NCBI GenBank assembly: GCA_965233585.1
Contig: CBDDTI010000747.1
Coordinates: forward strand, 800,001 to 864,000
Length of the DNA stretch: 64,000 nucleotides
Origin: a bacterium
GTDB lineage: Bacteria > SAR324 > NAC60-12
Direction: 5' to 3'
Part shown: positions 37,695-46,540 of the stretch, piece after piece
Position numbering within the stretch: position 1 is the first letter of the stretch
Layout of the letters: each line of letters starts with the position of its first letter
Notes under the pieces: generated by a model
Seen by the model: only the letters and a program-made list of their open reading frames with translations
The model's database searches: none
Told to the model about the DNA's origin: nothing
Made by a program: the position numbers and the translations under genes

Positions 37695-39485
37695 TTAGTG
37701 ATTGGATTTTGCATTCCCGGATTGAATCTTCCAAAGGTCTGCATAAGTGCCATTGAGTTTTAGTAGCTCATCATGTGTTCCATCTTCTGCGATTTGTCCC
37801 TGTGAAAGGACAATGATGCGGTCTGCATGGCGGATAGTAGAAAGACGATGAGCAATGACTAATGCTGTTTTACCAAGCGTAATTTTTTCTAAATTTTGTT
37901 GAATGGCACGTTCCGTTTCTGTGTCAACAGCACTAGTGGCTTCATCAAAAATCATCACAGGTGCATTTTTCAGAATGGCTCTAGCAATACTTAACCGTTG
38001 CCTCTGTCCCCCTGAAAGCAAAATCCCTCTTTCACCGACAATCGTCTCGTAACCATTAGGCAAGGTCATGACAAAGTCATGAAGTTGTGCTTGCTTGGAT
38101 GCCTCCTCAATTTTTTCAAAATGTGAGTCTGCTAGTCCGTAGGCAATGTTCTCGCGAATCGTCCCGTGAAACAAATATGTGTCTTGACTGACCAATGCAA
38201 TATGTTGTCTCAAATCCTGCAATGCCAAATCTCTTAAGTCTCTTCCATCAAACAAAATTTGTCCTTCATTTGGGTCATACAAGCGCAAAAGCATTTTAAT
38301 CAATGTAGATTTTCCTGACCCTGTTGTGCCTGCGACTCCCACCGTTTGTGCAGGGTGAAGTGTTAAGTCCAGTTGCCTAAGAATCATGTTGCTTTGTGCA
38401 TATTGAAAACTCACTTGTTGCAGTTTGATTTCACCTTGCACGGGGATTGGTAACATTTGGGGATTGGCAGGATTTTGAATTCTGCTTGGCGTCTGCAACA
38501 GACCAAAGGTGCGTGAAGCACTCGCTTTGGCTCTTTCATATTCATCAAGTGTCACGCCCATATCAGTGAGGGGCCACAAAATCCGTTGAATCATCATGGA
38601 AAAAAGCACTAACTCACCTACTGAAAGAATCCCACTGTCCGCTAAAACCCAATAGCTTCCAACCAACAACACACCTGCAAATCCAAGGGCAACTGCCATG
38701 CGAATTGTCGGCACATACAAGGCACTCAAAAGGATTGCATGGTAGTTTGATTGCTGATACTCATAAGATGCCTCATTTACTCTTGCCGACTCAAATCGTT
38801 CTGCAGTGAAACTTTTGATGACCAAAATCCCTGAAATGTTGTTTTCTAAACGACTGCTTAAACTGCCAACTGCCTCACGGATTCTGCGGTAACGTGGTGC
38901 AATGTAATCTTGGTAACGTAAACTTCCCCAAACAATGATTGGCAGTGGAATCAAACCAATCAAAGCAAGTTCCCAAGACACACCAATCAACACCACACCA
39001 GCAAAAATAAAAACTACGAACAGTTGCAAAATCTTGTTGTAACCAATGTTGAGAAAGTGTTCAATCTGGTTGACGTCGTCATTGAGCATCGCCATTGTTT
39101 CACCCATGCGATGATTTTCAAAAAATTCAATCTCACGTCGCTGAATGTGGTTGTAAGCGTCCATTCTCATTTGATGCTGTACTTTTTGAGCCAGAATCAT
39201 AAACCCGTATTTATAACCCCACTCAAAGAAGCCTTCAAAAGCAAAAATCACGACGGCTAAAAATGCTAAAAAAATCGCTAACGACCAAGGTTCTACTGTT
39301 CCCAAGACCCAAACAATCCATGCAGGAGGCTCTCGTCTCACCGAATCAATCACCCAACCGACCAAAAGCGGTGGCATCAAATCAAGGACTTTGTTCAAAA
39401 CGCTTGAACCACAAGAAAAACTAAAGAGATAACGATGAGGTTGCAGGTAAGCCATCAACTGACGCATGGCAGGGTGTAAGTTCAT
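37695..39485 (-). CDS. ABC exporter, fused permease/ATP-binding protein
   Basis: TM domain; GTTGSGKST; LSGGQRQR; DEATSAVD. Confidence 0.93.
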   Translation of the reverse strand: MNLHPAMRQLMAYLQPHRYLFSFSCGSSVLNKVLDLMPPLLVGWVIDSVRREPPAWIVWVLGTVEPWSLAIFLAFLAVVIFAFEGFFEWGYKYGFMILAQKVQHQMRMDAYNHIQRREIEFFENHRMGETMAMLNDDVNQIEHFLNIGYNKILQLFVVFIFAGVVLIGVSWELALIGLIPLPIIVWGSLRYQDYIAPRYRRIREAVGSLSSRLENNISGILVIKSFTAERFESARVNEASYEYQQSNYHAILLSALYVPTIRMAVALGFAGVLLVGSYWVLADSGILSVGELVLFSMMIQRILWPLTDMGVTLDEYERAKASASRTFGLLQTPSRIQNPANPQMLPIPVQGEIKLQQVSFQYAQSNMILRQLDLTLHPAQTVGVAGTTGSGKSTLIKMLLRLYDPNEGQILFDGRDLRDLALQDLRQHIALVSQDTYLFHGTIRENIAYGLADSHFEKIEEASKQAQLHDFVMTLPNGYETIVGERGILLSGGQRQRLSIARAILKNAPVMIFDEATSAVDTETERAIQQNLEKITLGKTALVIAHRLSTIRHADRIIVLSQGQIAEDGTHDELLKLNGTYADLWKIQSGNAKSNH

Positions 39486-39705
39486 TGTTTCAATCTATTA
39501 CTTCAATCTCGTCAAAAATGAAAAAATTCACTACTCTACAACCTTTTGTTTCAGCTTGTCAATCCCAAGCTCTGTCATGGTTTCTTCAGCAAAATTTGAT
39601 TCACCAAAAAAAGATTCAAAAAAAATGTCTCAACTTGCATGTTTGACTAAATCGCTGCATACTTCATTTTTTTAAGATTTCATCATCTACAAAAGGATTT
39701 AAATT

Positions 39706-40740
39706 ATGAAAGCTCTTGGAAAATTAACTGCAGGCAAAGGGATTACCATGTACGAAGCACCAATCCCCAAGATTGATGCTCACGAGGTATTGATTCAAGT
39801 GAGCCGAACAGCCATTTGCGGGACTGACATGCACATCTACCATTGGGACAGCTGGGCTGAACAGAATATCCCGATTCCTCTCACCACAGGGCATGAGTTT
39901 TCTGGAGTGATTGTTGAAAGAGGGTCGCTGGTCAAAGAATTTGACGTTGGTCAGCGGGTTTCTGCAGAAGGACACATCACTTGCGGACTTTGCCGTGCAT
40001 GCCGAACAGGCAAAGCTCATGTGTGTTCAAAAACCCAAGGAATTGGTGTGCAAAAAGCAGGAGCATTTGCAGAATATGTAGCAATTCCACAGTCCAACTT
40101 AATTGCACTGCCTGATGACATTTCTGACGATTTAGGCGCCATCTTAGACCCACTTGGTAATGCGACGCACACAGCACTTTCTTTTGATTTAAATGGTGAG
40201 GACGTTCTCATCACGGGAGCTGGTCCCATTGGTTGCATGGCAGTTGTGATTGCCAAGCATTGCGGGGCTAGGAATATTGTCATTACAGACGTCAATCAAC
40301 ATCGTTTGCAGATGGCTAAAGATTTGGGGGCAACTGATGCGCTGAATATTTGCGAGACCTCTATCTTGAGTGTGATGGAAAAACTGGGCATGACAGAAGG
40401 CTTTGATGTCTGCCTAGAAATGTCAGGCGCCCCACCTGCATTGGAGCAAATCATTCAATTTGCCATTCCTTCAGGAAAAGTGGCACTGCTTGGAATCCTG
40501 CCAAATGACGCCTTTCCCTTAGACTGGAATCAAGTCATTTTTAAAGGATTGACCATTCAAGGAATTTATGGCAGACGTATGTTTGACACGTGGTATAAGA
40601 TGATTTTCATGTTACAAGCAGGAATGAGCCAAAAAATTGCTTCGGTCATTACGCATCGTTTTGATGCTGATGATTATGAAAAGGCATTTGAAACGATGGA
40701 AGAGGGGAAGTGTGGCAAAATCATTATGAATTGGAAGTAG
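39706..40740 (+). CDS. tdh: L-threonine 3-dehydrogenase
   Basis: ICGTDMHIY, GHEF, Zn-binding Cys cluster, GAGPIG, QGIYGRRMFDTWYKM. Confidence 0.95.
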   Translation: MKALGKLTAGKGITMYEAPIPKIDAHEVLIQVSRTAICGTDMHIYHWDSWAEQNIPIPLTTGHEFSGVIVERGSLVKEFDVGQRVSAEGHITCGLCRACRTGKAHVCSKTQGIGVQKAGAFAEYVAIPQSNLIALPDDISDDLGAILDPLGNATHTALSFDLNGEDVLITGAGPIGCMAVVIAKHCGARNIVITDVNQHRLQMAKDLGATDALNICETSILSVMEKLGMTEGFDVCLEMSGAPPALEQIIQFAIPSGKVALLGILPNDAFPLDWNQVIFKGLTIQGIYGRRMFDTWYKMIFMLQAGMSQKIASVITHRFDADDYEKAFETMEEGKCGKIIMNWK

Positions 40741-40743
40741 TCC

Positions 40744-41952
40744 ATGCAACATTTTGATTTCATCGTGATTGGTGGGGGGATTTTGGGGGCTTCCACAGCA
40801 TGGCAATTACATTGCCAATTTCCAGATTGTGCCATCTTACTTTTAGAAAAAGAGGCTACTCCTGCACAGCATCAAACGGGGCATAACAGCGGGGTCATTC
40901 ATGCAGGAATCTATTACAAGCCGGGTTCTTTGAAAGCAAAACTTTGTTTTGAAGGAGAAAAAGCGGCAAAAGCTTTTTGCCGTGAACACAACATCGCCTT
41001 TCAACAATGCGGAAAGTTGCTAGTTGCTACCAATCAAGAAGAGCTAGAACGTATGCAAAATTTGATAGAACGTTGCAAGCAAAATCGTCTAAAGTTTGAG
41101 GTTTTGTCAGAGCCTGCACTCAAGGAACGTGAACCGCATATTTCAGGCATCGGAGCAATTTTTTCTCCTGCCACCAGCATTGTAGATTGGAAAGAAGTTT
41201 GTACAACGATGTTACGTTTGTTTGAGGTCAAAGGAGGTCAAGCCATCATGCAATCTGAAGTTTTGAAAATCACAGAATCTGACGAAAAGGTGGTCGTTTC
41301 TACTAAGCATCGCACCATCTCAGCCAATTATCTGATTGCATGTGCAGGACTGTATTCTGATAGAATTGCAAGAATGTCAGGACTTGCTCCCAACTTCAAA
41401 ATCATTCCTTTCCGTGGAGAATACTATGTTTTACCTCCCACAAAAAATGACCTCATTCAACATTTGATTTATCCAATTCCTGACCCAAAGTTGCCATTTT
41501 TAGGAGTCCATTTGACCCGCATGATTGATGGCAGAATCACAGTGGGTCCAAGTGCCATCGCTGCTTTGGCACGTGAGGGGTATTCATGGAGACATCTCAA
41601 TTTGAAAGATTCTTTAGAGATGGCAAGCTACCCTGCTTTTTGGAAAGTGCTTGCCAAACACTGGAAGGCTTCGTTACATGAACTTCAAAGTAGTTTGTCT
41701 AAAAAAACCTACCTGAACCTTGTTTTAAAATACTGCCCTGAACTCACCCTGAATGACTTACAACCCTATCCCGCAGGAGTCCGCGCACAAGCTGTCTTTG
41801 CTGACGGCACTCTTGTTGATGATTTTCTCTTCCTCCAAAGCAAACGTATGATTCACGTCTGCAATGCCCCATCTCCTGCTGCAACAAGCAGTCTCCCGAT
41901 TGGTCAACATATTGTGAAGATGATGTTAGAAAAAATAGCCTCAAATGCTTAG
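40744..41952 (+). CDS. lhgO: L-2-hydroxyglutarate oxidase
   Basis: GGGILG, HQTGHNSGVIHAG, PFLGVH, NAPSPAATSSLPIG. Confidence 0.92.
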   Translation: MQHFDFIVIGGGILGASTAWQLHCQFPDCAILLLEKEATPAQHQTGHNSGVIHAGIYYKPGSLKAKLCFEGEKAAKAFCREHNIAFQQCGKLLVATNQEELERMQNLIERCKQNRLKFEVLSEPALKEREPHISGIGAIFSPATSIVDWKEVCTTMLRLFEVKGGQAIMQSEVLKITESDEKVVVSTKHRTISANYLIACAGLYSDRIARMSGLAPNFKIIPFRGEYYVLPPTKNDLIQHLIYPIPDPKLPFLGVHLTRMIDGRITVGPSAIAALAREGYSWRHLNLKDSLEMASYPAFWKVLAKHWKASLHELQSSLSKKTYLNLVLKYCPELTLNDLQPYPAGVRAQAVFADGTLVDDFLFLQSKRMIHVCNAPSPAATSSLPIGQHIVKMMLEKIASNA

Positions 41953-41968
41953 TGAATGTTAAAGCGGG

Positions 41969-43198
41969 CTAGGTTTCATTGGATTTGACAAGTTTCAGCA
42001 GCTGATTGAGAATCTGATAACGAGTGTTGTCTTTTTGGTTCAACAAAATCACAAAATAATAGGTTTCAGACTTTGCTCCTTGAATGTATCCTGCCAGTGT
42101 GTAAACCCCATGCAATGTGCCTGTCTTGACTTTGGCATTTTGGTAAGGGGTCAAGACGTTTTGATAAGGTTCAAACGCTTTCAGCAACTCTAAGAACTGT
42201 TGTGCTGACACCTTGTTTTGTCTGGAGATTCCAGAACCTTCCACAACCTTCCAATGTTTGCCTTGCTTTAAATTCTTTCTTAAAAAGTGTTGCATGGCGT
42301 TGGCACTTTTTTGCAGAGTCGCAGGGTAGCCATATTGCTTGGCGCCAATGGTCAAAAAGATTTGATTGGCAATGAAATTGTTAGAATACTTCATCATGCC
42401 TTGCACAATGGTTGTCAGGCTTCTGCTTTGCTTGTGTTGATAAATCAGTCGTTGCGTCCCTGCTTTTGTTCCAAAAACCCTTTCTTTTTGTAAAACAGCC
42501 ACCCCTGCTTGACCCAAGAAAAATTGTAAAAGTTCATGCGTGTATTGCAGAGAATCTTGTTTGGAATGAGCAAGGTTGATGCGATGCTTCCCTTGAGAAA
42601 GGTTTTTGCCAAGCCTTTGCATGATGGGCAAATTGGGTGTTTGAGGTTCTGCAGATGTGATATTCCCTTGCCTGTCAATCAAGAAATTCACTGTGTTAAA
42701 GTTTGAGACTAATGCACCATTTTGTGAATCATACGGATTGGAAGTGTTGGTCACGCCCGGAATTTGAACGGAGTCAAAGGCAAGTGCGTCTAACTGAATG
42801 GATTGGATTGGGTTGGATAATCGTTTAGCAAGGGTTTTGGCAATGACTGCCCATTCTTCAGAAACCAAAAACGGGTCACCAAAACCCGAGACAACAAGAG
42901 TTCGGTCTTTGGTCAGAAAAAACTTTGTTGAAAATGGGTCAACTGTTCCCAGTATTTCAAAGGCAACCCATGCTGTCGCTATTTTTAAAATAGAGGCAGG
43001 AGTCCATTGCTTTTGAGCATTGAGAGCATAGACCACCTTGTTTTGAGTGGCAAGCAAGACTGACCCTGATTTGACAAAAGACTTGATTTTCCGAATCTCT
43101 GCCCGACTTGTTTCTAATGCTAAAGACGCAAAAGGCAGTAAAACAAGACTCACCAAGCAAAATGTTGTTTTGAATTTTAAGGGAATCAATTTTGCCAA
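41969..43198 (-). CDS. dacB: D-Ala-D-Ala carboxypeptidase/endopeptidase (PBP4, S13)
   Basis: PASILK (SxxK), GFGDPFL, SNN, KTGTL. Confidence 0.88.
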   Translation of the reverse strand: MAKLIPLKFKTTFCLVSLVLLPFASLALETSRAEIRKIKSFVKSGSVLLATQNKVVYALNAQKQWTPASILKIATAWVAFEILGTVDPFSTKFFLTKDRTLVVSGFGDPFLVSEEWAVIAKTLAKRLSNPIQSIQLDALAFDSVQIPGVTNTSNPYDSQNGALVSNFNTVNFLIDRQGNITSAEPQTPNLPIMQRLGKNLSQGKHRINLAHSKQDSLQYTHELLQFFLGQAGVAVLQKERVFGTKAGTQRLIYQHKQSRSLTTIVQGMMKYSNNFIANQIFLTIGAKQYGYPATLQKSANAMQHFLRKNLKQGKHWKVVEGSGISRQNKVSAQQFLELLKAFEPYQNVLTPYQNAKVKTGTLHGVYTLAGYIQGAKSETYYFVILLNQKDNTRYQILNQLLKLVKSNET

Positions 43199-43983
43199 AA
43201 TGATGTGAAGATATAATCAGAAAGCAGGATAAAAATGGCAGAAAAGCTGACGGCTTCGGTGGTAGAGCGTCCAACGCCTTCTGCTCCGTTGGTGGTGTAA
43301 TACCCTTTGTAACACCCGACAAAAGTCAACGTCAAACCAAAAAGTGCGGCTTTTAAAAGACTGCCTATGATGTCTCTAAATTCCAAAAAATCCTTCGTTT
43401 TTGACCAAAAAATTCCCTCATCAATCCCAAGCAATCCGACACCTATCATGTAACCACCCAAAACCCCTGTGATGTTAGCAATGGCTGTCAGCAAGGGCAA
43501 CATCACCAAGCCTGCAACAATTCTAGGAGAAATGAGGTATTGCACGGGGTTCACTGCCAGCGACTGAAGGGCATCAATTTGTTCTGTCACACGCATCGTG
43601 CCAATTTCTGCAGCAATGGCAGAACCTGCCCTTGCATTGACCATCAATGCTGTCAACACTGGTCCCAGTTCTCTGGTCATACTGACGGCAACCATTCCGC
43701 CAACAATGGATTCAGAACTAAATTGTTTCAAGGCAAAATAGGACTGAATCGTTAAAACCATACCTGTAAATGTGCCTGTCAGCACAGTAATCCAGATGGA
43801 TTTGTTGCCAATGAACTCCATTTGTTTAAAGAACAGATGGAATCTAAAAGGGGGGCAAAAGACTAGAAAAAGAGCATCAGCAAACAACACTCCCGACGTT
43901 CCAACACCTTGCGTGAGGCTGAGCGTGTTTGCACCTAATTTTTCAATCCATCTAAAAGGAGAAAGCCATCGCAAAAATTTCAT
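43186..43983 (-). CDS. mlaE: MlaE family ABC transporter permease
   Basis: RELGPVLTAL, AEIGTMRVTEQIDAL, GAEGVGRSTT. Confidence 0.92.
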   Translation of the reverse strand: MKFLRWLSPFRWIEKLGANTLSLTQGVGTSGVLFADALFLVFCPPFRFHLFFKQMEFIGNKSIWITVLTGTFTGMVLTIQSYFALKQFSSESIVGGMVAVSMTRELGPVLTALMVNARAGSAIAAEIGTMRVTEQIDALQSLAVNPVQYLISPRIVAGLVMLPLLTAIANITGVLGGYMIGVGLLGIDEGIFWSKTKDFLEFRDIIGSLLKAALFGLTLTFVGCYKGYYTTNGAEGVGRSTTEAVSFSAIFILLSDYIFTSFWQN

Positions 43984-44246
43984 GTTGCACAAAAGAAGTC
44001 AGCGTCATGTTGTCTCATTTCGTTTCATTATAGCTTAAATCACCTGTAATAAAAACAACTAAGACCTTTGCAAAAGTTGTTGTGGAGAAAGCCTGCAATG
44101 AAAAAAGATGACAAAAGGACTCTCATCGTGACCAACTGCAACAATGAAAGGACAAAATGAAGAATGGGGAAGGCAAGCAAAGAGTGCCAAATGAGGCACT
44201 CTTTTCAAAGATTTTTGAAGATGAGGGCAAGAACAGTGCAAAAAAT

Positions 44247-46229
44247 TTAGTCTTGAAACTCAATGCGGTAGATGTTTCTGTCCCCAAAGAGTCCTTGTGA
44301 GGCTTCAATATAAACAGTCGTGCCTGCCACTTGCAATGAAGTCCCTTTTGTCAAATGAGAGGCTAAGCCAATCGGGACAAAATCACTGGTCTTGGTTTTA
44401 AGCCACAGCGCATGAGAAGATGCTGTCAAGTCAGACACAAATAAGTAGCGATTGTTGGATTCAACTCTCATCACTCTGTTTGAGATACCAACCCGAGCCA
44501 ACTGTGATGTGTTTGGAATCTGTAAGTTTAAGGGCAACGAGTATAATCCACTATCTTTCGTCAAGTAGATTTTGTCGTCAAACGCAGTGGCATCTGATGG
44601 AATAGTTCCATTCACTGCATTTTTGGGAGTTTGGGTAGTTGCAAGTTGAAAACCTGACGTCCACAATTTGCCAGCTTTCTTTTGTAATGAACCAGCATCG
44701 CACCAACGACACTGGACGTGTCCAATAGCAACGGCTGAAGTGCCTGCAATTCGGTATAAATTTCTACCACTAAAATTAAAGCTAGGACTGGGGTTTCTCC
44801 ACCAACTGTATCCTGATACCTGATTCGCTATAAAATAGATGTTCCCATCAAAGAACGTCAAATTTCTAGCATTGCCGATAGCCTGAACAATGGATGAGTT
44901 GTTTGTAGAAGCCAACGCAGAAAATAGGTGACTTCCTGATGAGTCATGCTTAAAGACTGCTTTTTGCAAGTGTGCATTGACCACTCTTGTTGTCGTGGCA
45001 TAAATAATGTCACTACAACAGTAACGAGAAGCAGATGCTTTCACGTAGTAAGTGGTTGTTACCCCTGTTGGTGATATTCTTGTCGTTGTGGCATAAGTCA
45101 TCTCATCTCTGCCTGAAGGAGGACTGCTAGAGGCATGCACATAGTAAGTGGTTGGTCCTCTTGTTGTTGTGGCATAAGTGATGTCATTTCTTCCCCATGG
45201 GCGATGAGTAGATGCACGCACATAGTATGGGATATTGACAGGAGTGAAGGTGTCAGCAATGTAGTAGAGACTTTCACCACTGGTTGCCAGTTCTTTGGCA
45301 GGGATAGACTCGCCAGAATCTTTCACTTCTTTCAACGTTTTGCTATTCACTGTGTAGTGATAAGTTTTAGTAGATGTATCAGCGGATGCAAGACTAGCAT
45401 TTGAAGTAAAATAGAAGCCGTCATTTTGGAGAGTCCCTGAATTGTCTTTGAGGCTATCTGTGATAGACCAATCGTTTAAACCTTTGAAAACGTTTTGAGT
45501 GTCTAAAAGAGCTTTCTGACCACTTTTGAGTTCATAAAGTTCTCCTTGATTCCTCAATGTAACTAACAGCTTGTCCACAGAGGAAAACATATGGTCATAA
45601 ACAGAAGAACTAGATGATAGTTTCAGACTCAAATTGACCGATGATAGTTTCAGACTCAAATTGACTTCTGAAGCAGAGTTGTTCTTGGTGTCATCATAAT
45701 ATAATTTTTGATTGGCATAAAAGTATGGTGCAAACCGAAGAATGCTAAACCCTGGTAATGGTGTAGAAGACATTTGGAGATTTGGGATGTTCACTTTTAG
45801 AATTTTCGTGATGGTGTAGGTTGTGCCTAAAACCAAACCTGTATTGGGATCCTTAGTTTGTAAATGACCTATGACTATTTGTCCAGCATCTCCCTTATCG
45901 CCCTTTTCCCCTTTTTGTCCAGCATCTCCCTTATCGCCCTTTTCCCCTTTTTGTCCAGCATCTCCTTTTGTTCCATGGCAAACGTATTCTGTGCTGACGT
46001 GTTCCTCTCCTTCTAGCTTACCATTTTTGTCATAATCAAAGCCTATTTTAATCTCTAACCCTCCATTTGGACAACCATGTTGATTGCCTGTAAATGCAGT
46101 CTTCACAACAAGGGTTGATGCACCTGATAAGTTTTGGATTTCTTCCTCTTCTTCTTGAGGTTCTTGAGGTTTTGCTTCTTCTTCTTGAGAAGATGCGGGA
46201 GGTTTTGCCTCACCACAAGCAGAAAGCAC
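44247..46229 (-). CDS. Surface lipoprotein with collagen-like stalk and beta-rich head; true start unresolved
   Basis: Frame stays open upstream (…KVFLIPLAVFVLSAC lipobox) without an in-frame ATG; Cys-flanked DYDKNGKLEGEE loop; (GDAGQKGEKGDK)2. Confidence 0.8.
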   Translation of the reverse strand: MLSACGEAKPPASSQEEEAKPQEPQEEEEEIQNLSGASTLVVKTAFTGNQHGCPNGGLEIKIGFDYDKNGKLEGEEHVSTEYVCHGTKGDAGQKGEKGDKGDAGQKGEKGDKGDAGQIVIGHLQTKDPNTGLVLGTTYTITKILKVNIPNLQMSSTPLPGFSILRFAPYFYANQKLYYDDTKNNSASEVNLSLKLSSVNLSLKLSSSSSVYDHMFSSVDKLLVTLRNQGELYELKSGQKALLDTQNVFKGLNDWSITDSLKDNSGTLQNDGFYFTSNASLASADTSTKTYHYTVNSKTLKEVKDSGESIPAKELATSGESLYYIADTFTPVNIPYYVRASTHRPWGRNDITYATTTRGPTTYYVHASSSPPSGRDEMTYATTTRISPTGVTTTYYVKASASRYCCSDIIYATTTRVVNAHLQKAVFKHDSSGSHLFSALASTNNSSIVQAIGNARNLTFFDGNIYFIANQVSGYSWWRNPSPSFNFSGRNLYRIAGTSAVAIGHVQCRWCDAGSLQKKAGKLWTSGFQLATTQTPKNAVNGTIPSDATAFDDKIYLTKDSGLYSLPLNLQIPNTSQLARVGISNRVMRVESNNRYLFVSDLTASSHALWLKTKTSDFVPIGLASHLTKGTSLQVAGTTVYIEASQGLFGDRNIYRIEFQD

Positions 46230-46355
46230 AAAAACTGCCAGTGGAATGAGAAAGACCTTGAAAAAATGAGTTTTGAGTAGATGAGGAGAATTTTTTAAGA
46301 AAAAGCAAAAAACTTGTAATTTTTGTCTTGACTTTTGAAAAAGTCGGTTTATACT

Positions 46356-46438
46356 ATTTGCGGATTTGCGGATTTGCGGATTTGCGGATTTGCGGATTTG
46401 CGGATTTGCGGATTTGCGGATTTGCGGATTTGCGGATT
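46356..46438. repeat. Perfect octanucleotide microsatellite (ATTTGCGG)10 plus ATT
   Basis: Counted directly: 10 full units at 46356-46435. Confidence 0.98.
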
Positions 46439-46475
46439 CATAGCGTCACCATTTGTCAAAAAAATCAATTAATCA

Positions 46476-46512
46476 AGAAAGAAGCTACTGGAAGGCTAAC
46501 ATCTCCAGTAGC
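46476..46512 (-). terminator. Rho-independent terminator of the 421-aa lipoprotein gene
   Basis: Minus strand GCTACTGGA-N11-TCCAGTAGC followed by TTCTTTCTT. Confidence 0.7.
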
Positions 46513-46540
46513 ATCAAAATTGTCAAAAAAGCCCTTCAAG

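Noticed and set aside
44984..45227. Diversity-generating retroelement TR/VR pair
   Set aside because: Differences are not adenine-specific, units differ in length, and there is no reverse transcriptase in the window
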